Part shown: positions 15,074 through 15,260 of the stretch, piece after piece
Layout: the number at the start of each line of letters is the position of its first letter
How positions within the stretch are numbered: the first letter of the stretch is position 1
Assembly (NCBI GenBank): GCA_965205655.1
Contig: CBDBIJ010000136.1
Coordinates: forward strand, 1-15,260
Reading direction: 5' to 3'
DNA from: Candidatus Latescibacterota bacterium
GTDB taxonomy: Bacteria > Latescibacterota > UBA2968 > UBA8231
DNA length: 15,260 nucleotides
The notes under the pieces: generated by a model
Told to the model about the DNA's origin: nothing
What the model saw: only the letters and a program-made list of their open reading frames with translations
Databases searched by the model: none
Program-made: the position numbers and the translations under genes

Positions 15074-15260
15074 CGCTATTTCTACTACGAAATCGGTTTT
15101 TTCCAGAAGCGCGACGACGGCTATTTCCAGACCGCGCGCGAGCTGACCCGTGATTGCATCGCGGCGCTGCGCCGGTCCACCACGGCTGCAGGCGCCGAGC
15201 TTCTCGTCGCGATCATCCCGTCGCGGAATCAGGTCGATGCCGAGGGTTGGAAGCAGACCC

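Larger units (their letters stand above)
13775..15260 (+). pseudogene. Membrane-anchored SGNH/GDSL hydrolase-family gene, disrupted in this sequence and running off the window end
   Basis: N-terminal TM segment, block I FLGDSFT, block II NGGVDGYGT and block III FYTGND. Premature TGA at 14522-14524. The frame resumes after the duplication (VVRPASAAAAWVARNS / FLLMRLVS...AELLVAIIPSRNQV) with another shift near 14983. Confidence 0.8.

Overview
This is a GC-rich bacterial accessory region. A C-terminal TWGxxK-type motif in one protein suggests an FCB-group candidate lineage such as Latescibacterota or Poribacteria (inference). The left part holds the 3' end of a TonB-dependent receptor, a frameshifted and truncated Dam/D12-class adenine methyltransferase fragment, and a defective IS630 element with inverted repeats and a TA target duplication. 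Next on the minus strand come a 95-aa protein, an atypical HlyD-like membrane-fusion protein, a fused ABC exporter and a Phd-VapC toxin-antitoxin (TA) pair with operator. The middle holds a secreted DUF5519/luciferase-like protein divergent from a tandem DUF5069-like protein, and an Asp-box sialidase-like gene divergent from a beta-propeller hydrolase-like gene, both frameshifted. The right part holds an AbrB-VapC TA pair, a ketose 3-epimerase-family gene with a beta-hydroxyacid dehydrogenase, and a disrupted SGNH hydrolase. The SGNH gene carries a 309-bp tandem duplication interleaved with three short, collinear IS256-like fragments. The many frameshifts and this mosaic may partly be assembly or consensus artefacts. 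Family calls come from motif recognition, not database searches.
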